Shown piece after piece: positions 35,570-48,738 of a DNA stretch of 64,000 nucleotides. The translations under genes were made by a program, and so were the position numbers. Where the stretch lies: NCBI GenBank assembly GCA_025786725.1, contig JAHLTZ010000026.1, forward strand, positions 124,001 to 188,000, in the 5' to 3' direction. Source of the stretch: Syncephalis fuscata S228 (lineage: Eukaryota; Fungi; Zoopagomycota). The notes below the pieces were generated by a model. The model was not told the DNA's origin, ran no database searches, and saw nothing but the letters and a program-made list of their open reading frames with translations. Within the stretch, counting starts at the first letter, position 1, and each line of letters opens with the position of its first letter.

Positions 35570-37131
35570 TCAATGGTTATTTTGAATCTTTTGTAAGCAT
35601 TGTCGTAATTGGCGTGCTTGCATGGGACGCATCTTTTCGGCTATTGTAGCTAGTGCTGTTACAATATCTATTGGTAGCTGTTGAGCCTTGGGACGTTGAC
35701 GGGCCAATGCAATAGCAAGTAGGCCAAATTTAATCGAATTGGCGGTTGTTGCATCTTGTCGCGTTAATACTCGTATTAATATACGTATAGTTTCCAACCT
35801 TATTGATGTGGCTGCTATAGGCATTCCTATCAATTGTGTAGTTAATGTATATAATGTATCGTTCCAAATGACATGATTGTTTAATTGATTATGCAAATGA
35901 CCACTAAACATGCTACTACCCCAGTAACTATATATTATTCATTAGTTGAGAATAGTTGAATAGATGGTTAATTACCCAAGTATTGCATCTATATACATTG
36001 TATAGAGGGTACGGCCTGGGCTATTTTCTTTATCATGTCACCATGCCATGTTTCTAATAATAAGAATAATTATTAATTAAAATACAACGTTTAATCTCTA
36101 GCCAATATATACTTTACCTAAAGTACATGTTTGTGGCCATAAAAAAAGGATACCATGAGCGCAAGCATACGGCTCTTGCTCGGCAACTCTTGTCAATGAA
36201 TATTGTAAATTTCGAGTTGGCCGTGTATTTGTATGACACAGCTTGTTTATTTGTTAGTATACTATTTATAGATATCAAGTTACCATTACCTTGGGAAGTA
36301 AAAAATGTTGAAAAAGTAATGCTCGGTGCGACAGTACAGTTTTTAAATCAGAAATTGTTAATAAAAGCGTATCAATAAGCAAGGATAATTGATCTTCTAA
36401 TAACTGCGCAATAAGCTCGTTGTTATAAGCGAGAATACGCGTCAACTGGTTAAAGTAAGTCAAGTTGCTTAAATCTAACCGTGTTAACTTACTTGACTAC
36501 ATGGATAATCAAGGGCGGTTTGAAGTATTGTTTGCAGTGAATTGATATTGGCATCATTCGGTAATGTAGTAGCGGAAAAAGTAGTAGTTAAAATAGCATG
36601 TAATTGATCACGAATAGCAACTATATCATTATCAATCGACTCAATATACTGCTCGCTATTTCTTTGCGTCTCGATTAATGATAATTTAGTTTTTGGTAAA
36701 TGACTATCATGATCAGCGTCATCTAATTACAATGATTAAATAACATTAAAAGTTGTAGACTGCGTCACTTACTCATTGCTATATCATTGATAGAAACATC
36801 ATCGGTGTCGTTATCGGCTGCACAAATAAGCGTTTCAATAGTTTCCAAAGGTAATTCGCGACAAAGTAGTATCAATTCTTTAGCTTCAGTCTACAAGCCA
36901 TAACTATAGTTAATATTGCTTTGCTATAGAATATACATGACCTAACACTTACAATGCTAGCTGGTACATGCCATATCTTGGGTAATGACGCTATAGAATT
37001 TGTTATTAATTGCTATATTTTACATTTATACTAATACCTATTGCTTGCTTGTTTAGCGCAAGTCTCAAATAAGCAGGAAGACGCGTGCTTGAGGTTTCAC
37101 TGCAACCGAGTGCTAGTCGTAGATTATTCAT
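35570..37131 (-). CDS. Helical-repeat protein, possibly FANCE-like (multi-exon)
   Basis: Spliceable exon chain on the minus strand. C-terminal VIWNDTLY...ANSIKFGLLAIALARQ...LATIAEKMRPMQARQLRQCLQKI and FQHFLLPK.IL resemble the FANCE C-terminal domain. Recognition from memory only; low similarity. Confidence 0.4.
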
Positions 37132-38635
37132 AGTGGAAAAGGTTTAAACATTTGCTGTCGAAATATAAGAAATAAACGAGTTTGAATTGGCGTGGATAAA
37201 AATAATAATGAATTATTTTAAAGTTATTAAGCCATTGGTTTATCTTTTAATTATAATAATAATGTTAACTAAATAGCTATAAAATAATATTAGCGGAAAA
37301 ACCAACACTTTTTAAAATATAGATAATAATATGTGTATTATATTGAGTGTGTGCTACACAAGTGTTCTAATATATATACTGAGTAATTTCTAGATGTTTT
37401 ATAATTTTGACTTTTAGATTCAACTTATGACAATAATATTATTATTACGTAATTGTCTAAAGTTATTATAGCAACTTATGACGTGTTGATTATTTAATTG
37501 GCACTGTTTAATGTTTATCGTTATTGTTACAAAGAAATAGACGCTACTTTTATTAACCCATTGTTTATAAGTTTAATTTGAATTGTATCATCTAAATTGC
37601 TTTAATAATTTAATAAGAAATGTTACTATAATATCGGTTTTTAATTAAATATTACATTTATTAATTTAAATTTAAAGATTTAATAGTAATAATAATAATA
37701 GTATTAGTGTTTGATGGTTGCAATGGTAATGGTGATTTGCATAGTCATCATTATATGGCTTTTACAGGTGATGGTTCATATTAGTATTTACCTGATAAAA
37801 TAAATACATTTATTGAATTATTGTTATTGATTTGGCTTGATGATTAATTTTTACCGATCTGTTGGATGCGTAATGGAAATGCTTGTCAAGTAGAAATCAA
37901 AGTTTGAAATGATTATAATAAATAGATAGCTAGAAAGGCTGTATAGTACACGCCTAAACCACTAAGGCCAATTGGATTATTTTTTTAGTTTTAGCAGATA
38001 AGCAACTAAACCATTTAAATGCCATTTTTATTAGCATTACTAATGGTTTACATACTTTCTATATCAATACAACAATTATTAAGCCAAACACTTAAGTTAC
38101 AAAGCTCAGAATATTAGAATACGTTGCTTAAAACTTAATATAAGCGCATGCTTTATGAGCTATGTAATGCCTTTTTTATTTGATAAAAGCTCTGCTTAAG
38201 ATATATATGTGGGCCATACACAGGTTTATTACGGTGGATAGCACAGATAATATAGGTTTAGCCATGATTATATAATGTTTGATGCGAACGGGCAAAACAC
38301 CTCTGAGTAATTCTACTGTTATTTAAAGACAGGCCTTTCTTTTATAGATATAAAGGCCTTTCAGAATGAGCCATGAAATTACTCGCTGTAAAACCATCTA
38401 TGAAAAGGCCTGCTTGCAAGTAGCCGAATTGTTGTTCATAAGTCAGAAATAATATCGATGCCATTGATTCTATATAAACCATACGGTTTTGCTTAAACTA
38501 TGTACAATACAAACCATCCACTATCACGCGCGCCATATAATAACAATTTACTTTATTCTTACTATCTTGTCTAACAATTCACGATATTTCTATTTACAGC
38601 TATTAACTAACGATTTCAGTCGATTTACTCATCCA

Positions 38636-41258
38636 ATGAAACCTATCCTTTTAGCCGCTTTATTGCTGGCATTTGCCGCCAGTGACGTGTTGGCTCAAGC
38701 AAAAACACGCGTTCCAAGCCAACCTCCCACTGCTGCCACACCAACCACTAAAGTCAGCACACTCGATAATGCTTTTTTAATTCAGCTGGATGACGCCACT
38801 CAGCAGGCTGCATTCCGTGATAGCTTGACAAAGCTTAGCATTAATTTCCGTGTGCGCTATGCACTTACCGCTACCATGAACGCCATCAGTATCGACACTG
38901 ATAGCAAAAATCTTAAAGTTATCGAGGATGTGCCTGGTGTAAAGCGTATTTGGCCAATTAATCAAGTAGCTGGTCCTGTTGTTCAACGACAGCAGCTAAA
39001 GGAAGACAATCCATTGCCATACTCGCATGGTATGACGGGCGTGGATGTGATGCATACGAAATACAAGGTCTACGGAAAAGGGTTAAGGTCGGTGTCATCG
39101 ACAGCGGCATCGATTACATGCATCCAGCCTTAGGAGGCTGCTTTGGTCCAAGCTGTCGTGTCGCCTATGGGCGGGACTTTGTTGGCAACAATTTCAATGG
39201 CACAACAAGTACCATTAGCCAAAGCGATGACCCTCGCGACACATGCAATGGACATGGTACGCATGTGGCCGGCATTATTGGTGCACACGACGAAGCATTT
39301 CTTGGTGTTGCTCCAGAAGTTACATTTGGTGCCTATAAAATATTTGGCTGCGGCAGATACACATCAACCGATGCCATTAAGGCCGGACTGGATCGTGCCT
39401 ATGCCGACGGTATGGACATTGTGAATCTGTCGCTTGGTGAAACTGGTGGCTGGGCTCAGTCTGATGATGCTATTCTGGCCGAAATACTTGCTCGAAAAGG
39501 CTTGATTGTTGTGGCATCAGCCGGCAACTCGGGAGATGGCGGTCTCTGGGAGGTCGGTAGTCCTTCTGTCGCCCCTAGCGTTTTCTCAGTCGCATCACTT
39601 GATAACTTCAAGTATCCACACCTGGGCTATCTCTTAGTTTGGCAATCGATACCGTGTTTGGTTACTCGGTATCCAATAAGCTTAATCCTTTGAACACGAA
39701 CGCCACAGAGATTGTTGTGGCTGGTCCTGCCGACAACGTATTGGGATGCAGGCCGTTTGGTCCCGAGGTAAATGGCAAAGTTGTATTAATCCAGCGAGGC
39801 AACTGCACTTTCGACATCAAAGCCATGAATGCCGAAAAGGCTGGTGCTGCTGTTGCTATTCTCTACAACAATGAGCCAGGCCCGTTGAGTCCTTCAATCT
39901 CACCAGATATTAAAATTTCAGTATTAAGTATTGAAAAATCCAGCGGTGAAGCAATTATTAAGAGTCTGGCGAGCAATCCAAATCAGAAGATTTTATTTGA
40001 TAAAAATATTATAGTAGAAGTGCCTACGGCAGGCCACTTGTCCGCTTTTTCATCATGGGGGCCCGGCTCCAAGGCCGAGATCAAGCCAGATATTGGTGGT
40101 CCCGGTGGCTTTATCTACTCAACCATTCCGTTGCCAATGGGTAAATACGGCGTCAAGAGTGGTACATCAATGTCTTCTCCATATGTTGCCGGATCCATAG
40201 CACTTTATCTACAAGTTAATGGTATCGATAATAAATTGGGCACTGGTGCTGAGAAGATTGATCGTACTCGTCTACACCAGCTGTTCCAAAACACTGCTCG
40301 TCCCGCCACTGAAGTCAAAAACAACACTCTTATCAGTTCAGTTGCACTTCAAGGCGCCGGTATGCTCAATGTCGAACGTGCCATTTTTGGCACCACGCTT
40401 GTTACGCCATCACGGCTTGCTCTTAACGACACGCAATATCCTGGTAATCACAATGGTGATGCACGCAATCGAACTGTGCGTATTACCAATCTGTCAAAGT
40501 CTGATCGTGTCTACACCGTTACTCACGTTCCAGCTGTAGCTGCACGTGGTTTTGACGCTGATGGCTCAGTAATGTTCCAGCCCGAGACGCGTGACGCACC
40601 AGCCAGTGTTAGCTTTTCATCCAGTCATGTAAAAATTGCCGCTGGTCAAATCAGCAGTATTGATGTGTTAATCACGCCACCTAGTGCGCTGCCTGAAACT
40701 GAGAAATGGGTATATTCGGGTTATATTGTATTTGATCCAGCCGCAAACTCAAACAACACGCCATCAAGCGATGCCATATATGTACCATACCTTGGTATTA
40801 AGGGACGTTTAAGCGATATACATGTTCTAAAGCAGAATCCTACCATCGAAATGGCCGATCAACTAACAAAGCAGCTTATTCCACCATCAAACACGACAAC
40901 GCCCTATGTATTGACTGGCCATGAAGTCATGACTGTGTCGTATGATGTCGAATATCCTAGTTTACACGCAAAAACGCGCATATATGATGCCGCTACCAAA
41001 AAAGTAGTTGGTGCCATTCCTGGATCTTCCCAAGACAGGCTTATCCGAAGACAGCCCAAGTCTCCTCCTAGTAATACATTCAAATGGGCTGGCGGTGTGA
41101 CGATAAACGATAAAGCCACCTTTAAAGGTAGCAATCTTACAAACGGAATTTACTACTTTGAATTAATGGCACTTCGTCCCTATGGAGATGCCGCAGTGGA
41201 TAGTGATTATGATATTTGGCGCTCACCTAACGTCACGATTAATATTACTAAAGCTTAA
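38636..41258 (+). CDS. Secreted subtilisin-like serine protease (S8) with PA domain and Fn3-like C-terminal domain; two apparent frameshifts (~39080, ~39620)
   Basis: Signal peptide MKPILLAALLLAFAASDVLA; catalytic motifs VIDSGIDY, CNGHGTHVAG and KSGTSMSSPYVAG; PA motif LIQRGNCTFDIKAMNA; QGAGMLNV; YSGYI. Confidence 0.9.
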
Positions 41259-42269
41259 TTTTAATAAACAGTTTAGTATAAGCGAATTATTTAAATAAAA
41301 TTTGAGCAAATTATTTTATTTTGTTTAACCTACTTTTAAACAATATCATTTGAGCTACTGTGCTAGTCATTTAACAGTTTTATAGATAAAATAAGAAACT
41401 CCCTGTTGAGCTGTCAAAAAGAAATCTTGCAATCAAAAATAGTCTTTTGTATTTTATTATTAGCATAGAAATACCAAACAGCAATATTTATTCAATCTGA
41501 GTAAAAGTTGACTATTTGCAATAAGTATATAATCATAATAAAAATATAACCGTTATAAAACACCTGTGCATAAAAATAACAATAAAAAGCCTTTTGTGCT
41601 CTATTTTTAACATCATTTAATTGATTATATAGCTATATAATATATAAGTGGAAAATAGCAACTGTAATATGAACAAAATATTTATTTAAGGTAAAGAGCC
41701 GTGGGAATATTGAATTAATTTGAATTACCAAATATGGTAATGGCAATATATTTGCAAAATATTATTAGAAAAACACAGTACTGCAACATATGGTTATTGT
41801 TGCTATTAGAACCAATATACTTTATGCTATTGATACTAGTATTTTTATTATCCCAAGTATTTTAAAATATTTTAACTTTGCTATATACACATCATTCGTA
41901 ACTGTTTTAGATGGTAAAAGCAATCGGACTTATCCGAAAGGCCGTACACTACTATCCGGGTATAATTAACCTGTTTTAATTAAAAAATGTATTAATAATC
42001 AACATATGACAATAGTATATATAATCATATATGTGAAAGTGTGTAAAAACCATATTTATAATGATGGTGACTAATTATTATTACGCTGGTTTTAAGCTTA
42101 TCAATACATGTGCAACAAATTAATTACCAAGCTTAATGAATATAAAAGTACGTGTAGTTGTCCAACACGTACACTAAACCTCAGCACACTTGAATTCACA
42201 GTCTTTTTTTGAAAGTCAGCATTACATTACCAGTTTAACAACAGGGCAGCCTTACACGGTATCATTAGT

Positions 42270-42972
42270 ATGTCGCTTACACTTTACTCCAACGATCGCT
42301 GTCCATTTGTGCGCCGTACTCGTATAGCATTGGAAGAAACCAACACCAAGGTGAAATCTATTGAAATTGATTTGAATAACAAACCTGAATGGTAGTTTTA
42401 ACTGGAATAACAATAAAAACAGTGCATGTAATTAACTCTGCTTGATAGGTACAAAAAGAAATCAACGCATCAGGCAAGGTTTCAGCTTTAAAAGTTGAAA
42501 GTGGTAAATTTATTGTTGAGTCGCTTGTAATTGCACAGTATATCATTGAAAAATATGGCTCCAACACTGAATTAATTCCGCAAGATTCATAGGCTCGCGC
42601 TAAACTTCGACTATTTATTGATAATTTTGAAAATAACTTTTTTCACAGTATTCTTGATTATTAGGGCAAAAAATACAGCTCAGATGGAACAAGGACGGAA
42701 AAGTGCTTGCTGCGACACGCCAATTAAGTTTTGATTTGAAGAAACTATCGGGCGAGGGTCCATATGTTTTTAGTAACCAGTTTACCTTGGCCAACATTCT
42801 TGGAGCCGCCCCTTTGGTGCGTTTGAGCACAATAGAGAAAATAGGTCAATTCACTATTCCAGATACTGTTGAATATGCTCGTTTTAACAGCTGGGGCAAA
42901 GCACATCTCCATCTGATGAGGCTATCTACAATAATACATCCAACTAAGAGAGTGTATTTCTGTTGCATCTAA
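42270..42972 (+). pseudogene. Glutathione S-transferase (omega-like, CPF motif) with an in-frame TAG
   Basis: MSLTLYSNDRCPFVRRTRIALEE...IDLNNKPEW|intron|YKKEINASGKVSAL...ESLVIAQYIIEKY...LIPQDS*ARAKLRLFID...GPYVFSNQFTLANI. TAG at 42590-42592, and the C-terminus looks degraded. Confidence 0.7.
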
Positions 42973-43656
42973 ATAAATAGTTATTTTATTTTCAAAATAG
43001 GAATAACAAATTTAATATTTTGTGCAAAAAAAAGTTTGATCGTTTGGCGTTAATGTTGTGCAATCATGCATTGAGATTATTATTGTGCCGTTCTATTTAC
43101 CTAGATGTTAAATATTGCAATATCAGTTGTGGACATACTATTTACTATTTTAAGCTTTCTAGTTGGATTTTATTGGTATTAAAAATTAATGCTGCCTATT
43201 AAAATTGTATTTATTTTATAGCTAAATTAAATGTAAAAGATTTGCTTTTCTGTTTATTACTAATAATTACGATAAAACTATTAATAATAAAGATTCAGAC
43301 CTTGGCTAATTTTTACCGGTCTACTTTATTAGCAGGGCGCTTATACAATTTCCGGTTAATCTGGTCAAAATATTTCAATATTTATTGGTGGGATTGACAT
43401 GTTGCATCGTTGGTATATCATTTGGCTAGAACATGGCCAGCATGATGAAGACGATGTTACACGGCATTGCATAACATACCAATCATGCATAAGCTACATA
43501 GATGTTGGTTGCGTGGCGCTTTCCTAGCAAAAGTACCCATTCTGTTTATTACTTTTCGTCCTACTTTTTTTGATAAGCCTGTAAACAAATTATTATTTAT
43601 ATACAACACATTTTATAGCTCACATGCAACAGACTGTAAATATAGTCAACTAAACA

Positions 43657-44571
43657 ATGGGAAACCTTTTCGAGTATAATCCTTTAGGCGAAATATCCGA
43701 AGGTGATTTCTTTATGCGGCATACGAGTCTGGGTGATGCCAAACTCCGTGCGCATAGCTGTTTTGCTCAAGTTGTTGTTAATGTAATACTGATAGCCGTA
43801 TTTACGCAAAATACATGGCAAGCAGCAAAGCTGGTTTATTTAAAGCATACTAGCGTGGCAAGCTGGTGCTGTATTTTACAAGCATTGCTTGGGCTTGCAA
43901 CTGCAGTGGTCAATATAACAACTGCTTTTCCGGAAGGTCTTTCATGTCGTATTACAATATGGATGGCCTCAGTTGGAATAGTCATTTCTAACATTTGTGT
44001 AAATACATGTCTACTACTAAAGGCATACGTTATTGCCGATCGCAATCGCTTTCTTTTAGCAATTGGCAGTTTTATTACATTGCTAAATCCTGGAATAGTA
44101 TGGATTGTTTTTGTCGACAGTCCTGTGCAGAATACCGTAGATTCGGCCTGCTCTGTTGACTTCCCGCCATACTTTCCTTGGTTTCGATTTGTGTTGGATA
44201 TATCTAGCAATTCTATTTTTTCTGCTGTATTTCTTCATGTTGTCATTAAGCAGTATCGCCAGCAGGGCAAGAAATGTTGGCAAAAATTGAAATCAGATGG
44301 GCTTATTTATTTATTCGGTGTTGTTTTCTCAAACATCTTTTGCGCACTATTAGTTGCATCGCAATTAGCTGGAAAGCTTGGCAATATGTTTATTTTAATT
44401 GATTGTAAGTTCAGCGCAAATAACAATAATACTTTATACTAAATATGTTTAGGGATGTTAACATCATTTTTACTCATTCGACAACACGAAGGAATGCGGC
44501 GAGCATTCAGTGAACATGACGGTGCTTCTCATTACAAGCAAATTCATGTTATTCACCAAGAACGTCAATAG
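43657..44571 (+). CDS. Multi-pass (probably 7-TM, GPCR-like) membrane protein, 2 exons
   Basis: About seven hydrophobic segments; Cys at the top of putative TM3 (LSCR) and in the loop before TM5 (SACSV). Intron 44405-44452; exon 2 reads WMLTSFLLIRQH...HQERQ*. Confidence 0.7.
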
Positions 44572-45369
44572 ATTGTTAGCTTTGCGTTTGTCCAACTTTT
44601 TCGGAAATAGCAATTGTCTACATGGGCTGCTTCAATTACTAATAGGACTTGCAATAACCTGTTTTTTGTATTACCTATTAATGATTATTGTTGTGCTTGA
44701 GCAGCTATGGATTAAATTTACTGAGTACCAATAAAGTGGGATTGTAAGGTTTAAAATTCTTAATACTATTTCATTTATGTTATTTGTATATAAAGATGTT
44801 ACTTATTAAATAGTTTTAATAATGGAATATATATGTGAAAGTGCGTTGCAATTTCCTAGTAAATATGGGAGTCACATATTTTATTTACAACAGGCCTAGA
44901 GTACACCTATAATTTGCTTATACAGTTATGACAGGTAATGATTTATATATATATAGACACTTGCTCGTGTTTTTTGAAACATTAGCCTTTTCATTAAGAA
45001 ATATTCAGAGAATTTAGTCACACAATGGAATCACGCCATAGAATAGGACCGTGGTAAACAGGCAATACCACTGAGTGCAGCATGTAATCGATGCTGCGAC
45101 CTTTTTATTTGACTTGACCAAATAATTACTTGTTTTTTTAGAAATAACAGTACTAACTTTTTGTCAAGTATAAATACACGTATCAATATTTGTATTTCAA
45201 TAGTACAATACTTATCATATTTACTTTGCTTTACTCTTCCCTGGAATAGCTAGTTACGACATAACACATCTTAAAAACTTGTTAACGTATTTTACGCAAC
45301 CACCAACTGCTTTAGCCACTCTGCATATCTAAGCTTAACAAGACAAAGCATCACTTCAAGCAAATCAAC

Positions 45370-46601
45370 ATGCAGCCACAAGTCAGCGCTTTTATTTTAT
45401 TAGCTTTAGCAGCAGCAGCTTACGTACATGCCGCACCAGCCGAGTCAACATTTGCCAATCGCTTCCCTTCTCTTCCATTCAAACATACCCAAATAAGCAC
45501 CAATGGCTTTCCAATGAACGAGAAAGGCGAAAGCTTTCACCTGATCCAGCAAGGAGTAGACCAGTCACCTGTGTGGCTGTCCGAGTCGCAAGTTTGGGAT
45601 ATTGAAAAGACCCAACGTAGATTCATGGATGTCACTTTTCATCCAGATATGATGGAAAAAGCAAATACACTTCATCGTGCTCAAAAGCTAAACTCTTTGA
45701 GTAAAGACATCCAAAGATTTGCTAGAAACTCGCCTGTTGTTCTTTCTCATAAAGATCAGGTGGCTTCTATTGTCGACAGTTGTAATACCACGTTAATGAA
45801 AACGACATTGGAAAAAATGGTAACTTTTTTAATCGACGTTACGATAGTGAACATGGAGCCAATGCATCCAAGTGGCTGCTTTCTAAAGTACAAGAAGTTG
45901 CTAGCAATGCCAAGCCTGGGATCGACGTTAAAGTAATTGAATTTAAGCATCCTTTTATTCAATCTTCAGTTATTGCTCGAATTGAGGGTCAACAAAATCA
46001 AGAGGAAACGGTCATTATTGGTGCTCATCTGGACTCTACCAATAGCAAGGATCATGCGGGTCGAGCTCCAGGTGCCGACGACGATGGATCCGGTACTGTG
46101 TCCAGCTTTGAAGCATTTCGTGCTTTAATTGATTCTGGATTCAAGCCAAAACGTCCAATCGAATTTCACTGGTATGCTGGAGAAGAAGGCGGTCTTTTGG
46201 GATCACAGGATGTTGCGTACAGCTATCAGCAAGCCAATCGTAAGGTAGCAGGCATGCTGCAGCTAGATATAACCGGCAGACCCTTCAAAGACCGGCCAAA
46301 TGAAATAGGCATTATCAACGATTATGTTGATCCAAATCTTACAATTACACTCAAAGAGATAGTTAAACAGTATTTGCCGGATGTCACCACTAAAGATGGT
46401 TGGTGCTATTATGGCTGCTCGGACCATTATTCATGGAATCAAACTGGTTACCCAGCAGCTCGTTCCTTTGAGTCGGCAAAGGCAAGCTATAATACTGATA
46501 TGCATACGACTGAGGATACTATTGACAAGGTGAATTTTGATCATGCACTTCGTTTCACCAAAATAGCTGTAGTATTTGCAGCTGAGCTATCGCTTGAGTA
46601 A
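45370..46601 (+). CDS. Secreted leucyl aminopeptidase, peptidase family M28; one frameshift in a T run near 45825
   Basis: Signal peptide; FMDVT; IIGAHLDS, RAPGADDDGSG, WYAGEEGGLLGS, MLQLD, CYYGCSDHYSW and MHTTED zinc-ligand motifs. Confidence 0.92.
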
Positions 46602-47372
46602 TTATGCATTGCCATCAATATAAATAAAGTTTGTTCATTTAATCATTTATTTCAAATATATCTAAAACAATAAGATCAATCAATATTTCTACTATTACCA
46701 TATTTAGTGATACAAATTAATTAATTTTGCATGGTTTTGTAGCTTAAATATATTTTATTTTATTTATTATTGTTAGGATAAAATTGTATTTATTTCTTAT
46801 TAGCTTATGGGCACTTGTTGTGTGTTTAGTTTAATAAATTTATTTTTATCCGGCTTAGCATTACCAGCTAGTCAAATTACTGCATAAACGTGGACTGGTT
46901 TTGGTGGCACCGCATTGGGTCACTATGTTTAGATGGTTTTGAGTCGAAAGAACAAATGAAGTAACAAATGCAGTCTTAAAGTTAATTGATACGAGCAAGA
47001 CAAAGGATGCACAAGTCAAGAATAATGGTTAATACCGGTCGTGTTTCATAATATTTATGGTCTTTATAATTGATAATTTTAAAACAAAACAAAGAACTCG
47101 AACAATAAAAATTAATCTATTCTCAAACAGGCGTAATCCCTTGCTAGTCTTTCTTTGTTCGTTTAGTCTCTAATGATGGACTTACAGCAAATTGCTTATG
47201 AAATAAATAGATACAATTCATTGCACCAATTCAATCAAACACCATTCACTCCTTTCAAAACTAAATTGTAGGTTGATCCTACTCAAATACTATTTCCCCA
47301 TTGTTCCACGCATAATCAACTAAATCCGGCATCATTATTAATTGGTGCTATTTTCAATATATCCATTTAAAA

Positions 47373-48446
47373 ATGTTCAACATGGTTTTTTCATCTCATA
47401 TCTTTCGCACTGGCATATTAACAAGCACTCTAGCTGGTATAATTGCTTCCGGTTTTTTGGTCTCAGCCTCGTCGTATGAAAAGGCGTCAGCCGTCATTAA
47501 CGGCCCCAAGGTCAATGGCATCTTTACTTTTGATCAAACTGCCACTGGTGTAACCATCAACGGAGCTATTGAAAGTGGTCTCTGTACTCCTGGCAATTAC
47601 TCCTACCATATTCACGAAAACTATATTCCTGAAGGCGGAAACTGTCAGGACGCAGGAAAACATTTTGATCCAGTGTTAGACAATGACTCTTCAACTGGAG
47701 AAAAGAAATGCGAATTGGGCGATTTAAGCGGAAAATTTGGTACAATTTCGGTGCAAGACACTCTAAACAAACCTATTCCGCCGTTTCGACATATTGATCC
47801 CAGCCTTACCTTGGTCGGTAAAAACAATATCGTGGGCCGATCTATTGTTATTCATAACCCGGACGGTAGTCGATTGGCTTGCGCTAATATTCGTTTAACC
47901 AATCACTCTACCAACGTTTCGACATCTAATAAAACACATGACACGTCAAACGCTGGTACTCCTCAAGCTCCGCCTAATCAACCAAATCAGCCAAATATTA
48001 ATAAGCCAAGCAGCGGTATTCCAGTCGTGCGACCACCTAATTATGGGGATACAACCACAGCAACCACAGATGGTGGTCAGGAAAGAATCGCTAAAATAGC
48101 TGGTGGAAAGTGTATCAAATCAAATGGATTTATGCATAACGATACGCTAAATAACGTAGCTCATGGTGGTTATGCAGAGGAAATCGTCCCATGCGACGAT
48201 ACACCAGCTATTCAGCCACCAGTTGATAGCTCCATAGCCACTTCATCACAAGCCAGCCCACCAGCCACTCAAATGTCCAATGGCTACTATGCTCATCCAA
48301 ACAGTCAAAAATCATCTTGCCCATCTAATAAGTCTATCAGAAGACGGTCCAATAGACGTTCTTCAGAACCAGTCACTACTAACATTGTAAAACGTTTCAG
48401 AGTACCAAATGCCTACGAATCACACTATATAAAAAATAATTCATAA
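47373..48446 (+). CDS. Secreted Cu/Zn-SOD-fold protein (Cu-only SOD5-like) with a low-complexity C-terminal tail
   Basis: N-terminal hydrophobic signal; YHIHE, GKHFDP, CELGDLSGKFG, IVGRSIVIHNPDGSRLACANI. Confidence 0.85.
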   Translation: MFNMVFSSHIFRTGILTSTLAGIIASGFLVSASSYEKASAVINGPKVNGIFTFDQTATGVTINGAIESGLCTPGNYSYHIHENYIPEGGNCQDAGKHFDPVLDNDSSTGEKKCELGDLSGKFGTISVQDTLNKPIPPFRHIDPSLTLVGKNNIVGRSIVIHNPDGSRLACANIRLTNHSTNVSTSNKTHDTSNAGTPQAPPNQPNQPNINKPSSGIPVVRPPNYGDTTTATTDGGQERIAKIAGGKCIKSNGFMHNDTLNNVAHGGYAEEIVPCDDTPAIQPPVDSSIATSSQASPPATQMSNGYYAHPNSQKSSCPSNKSIRRRSNRRSSEPVTTNIVKRFRVPNAYESHYIKNNS

Positions 48447-48738
48447 TTATCCACATGATAATTAACAGCAATAATAAATATCTATTAACATAGCTATTAA
48501 GTTGTTTCTTACTACGATTGCTGTGATAAGCTATTATTCGCAAGTAATAGAAATGGCAGTTATAAATAGTAGATATAAAAAGAAAAACTAATCAGGTATA
48601 TAGTTACTTTACGCAATTTAGAAAATAGTATCAGGAATATGGATTAAATGTTCATTTAAGATGCAGAAACGTGAGGAAATTAGATAATTTGTATTACCAA
48701 AGTATAGTAATATAATAATAATTAAAACAAATTATTAT

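Noticed and set aside
42590-42592. Stop-codon reassignment (TAG read as sense)
   Set aside because: TAG terminates other genes in the window (DCTN6, the 7-TM gene), and no other internal TAG was seen in conserved frames.
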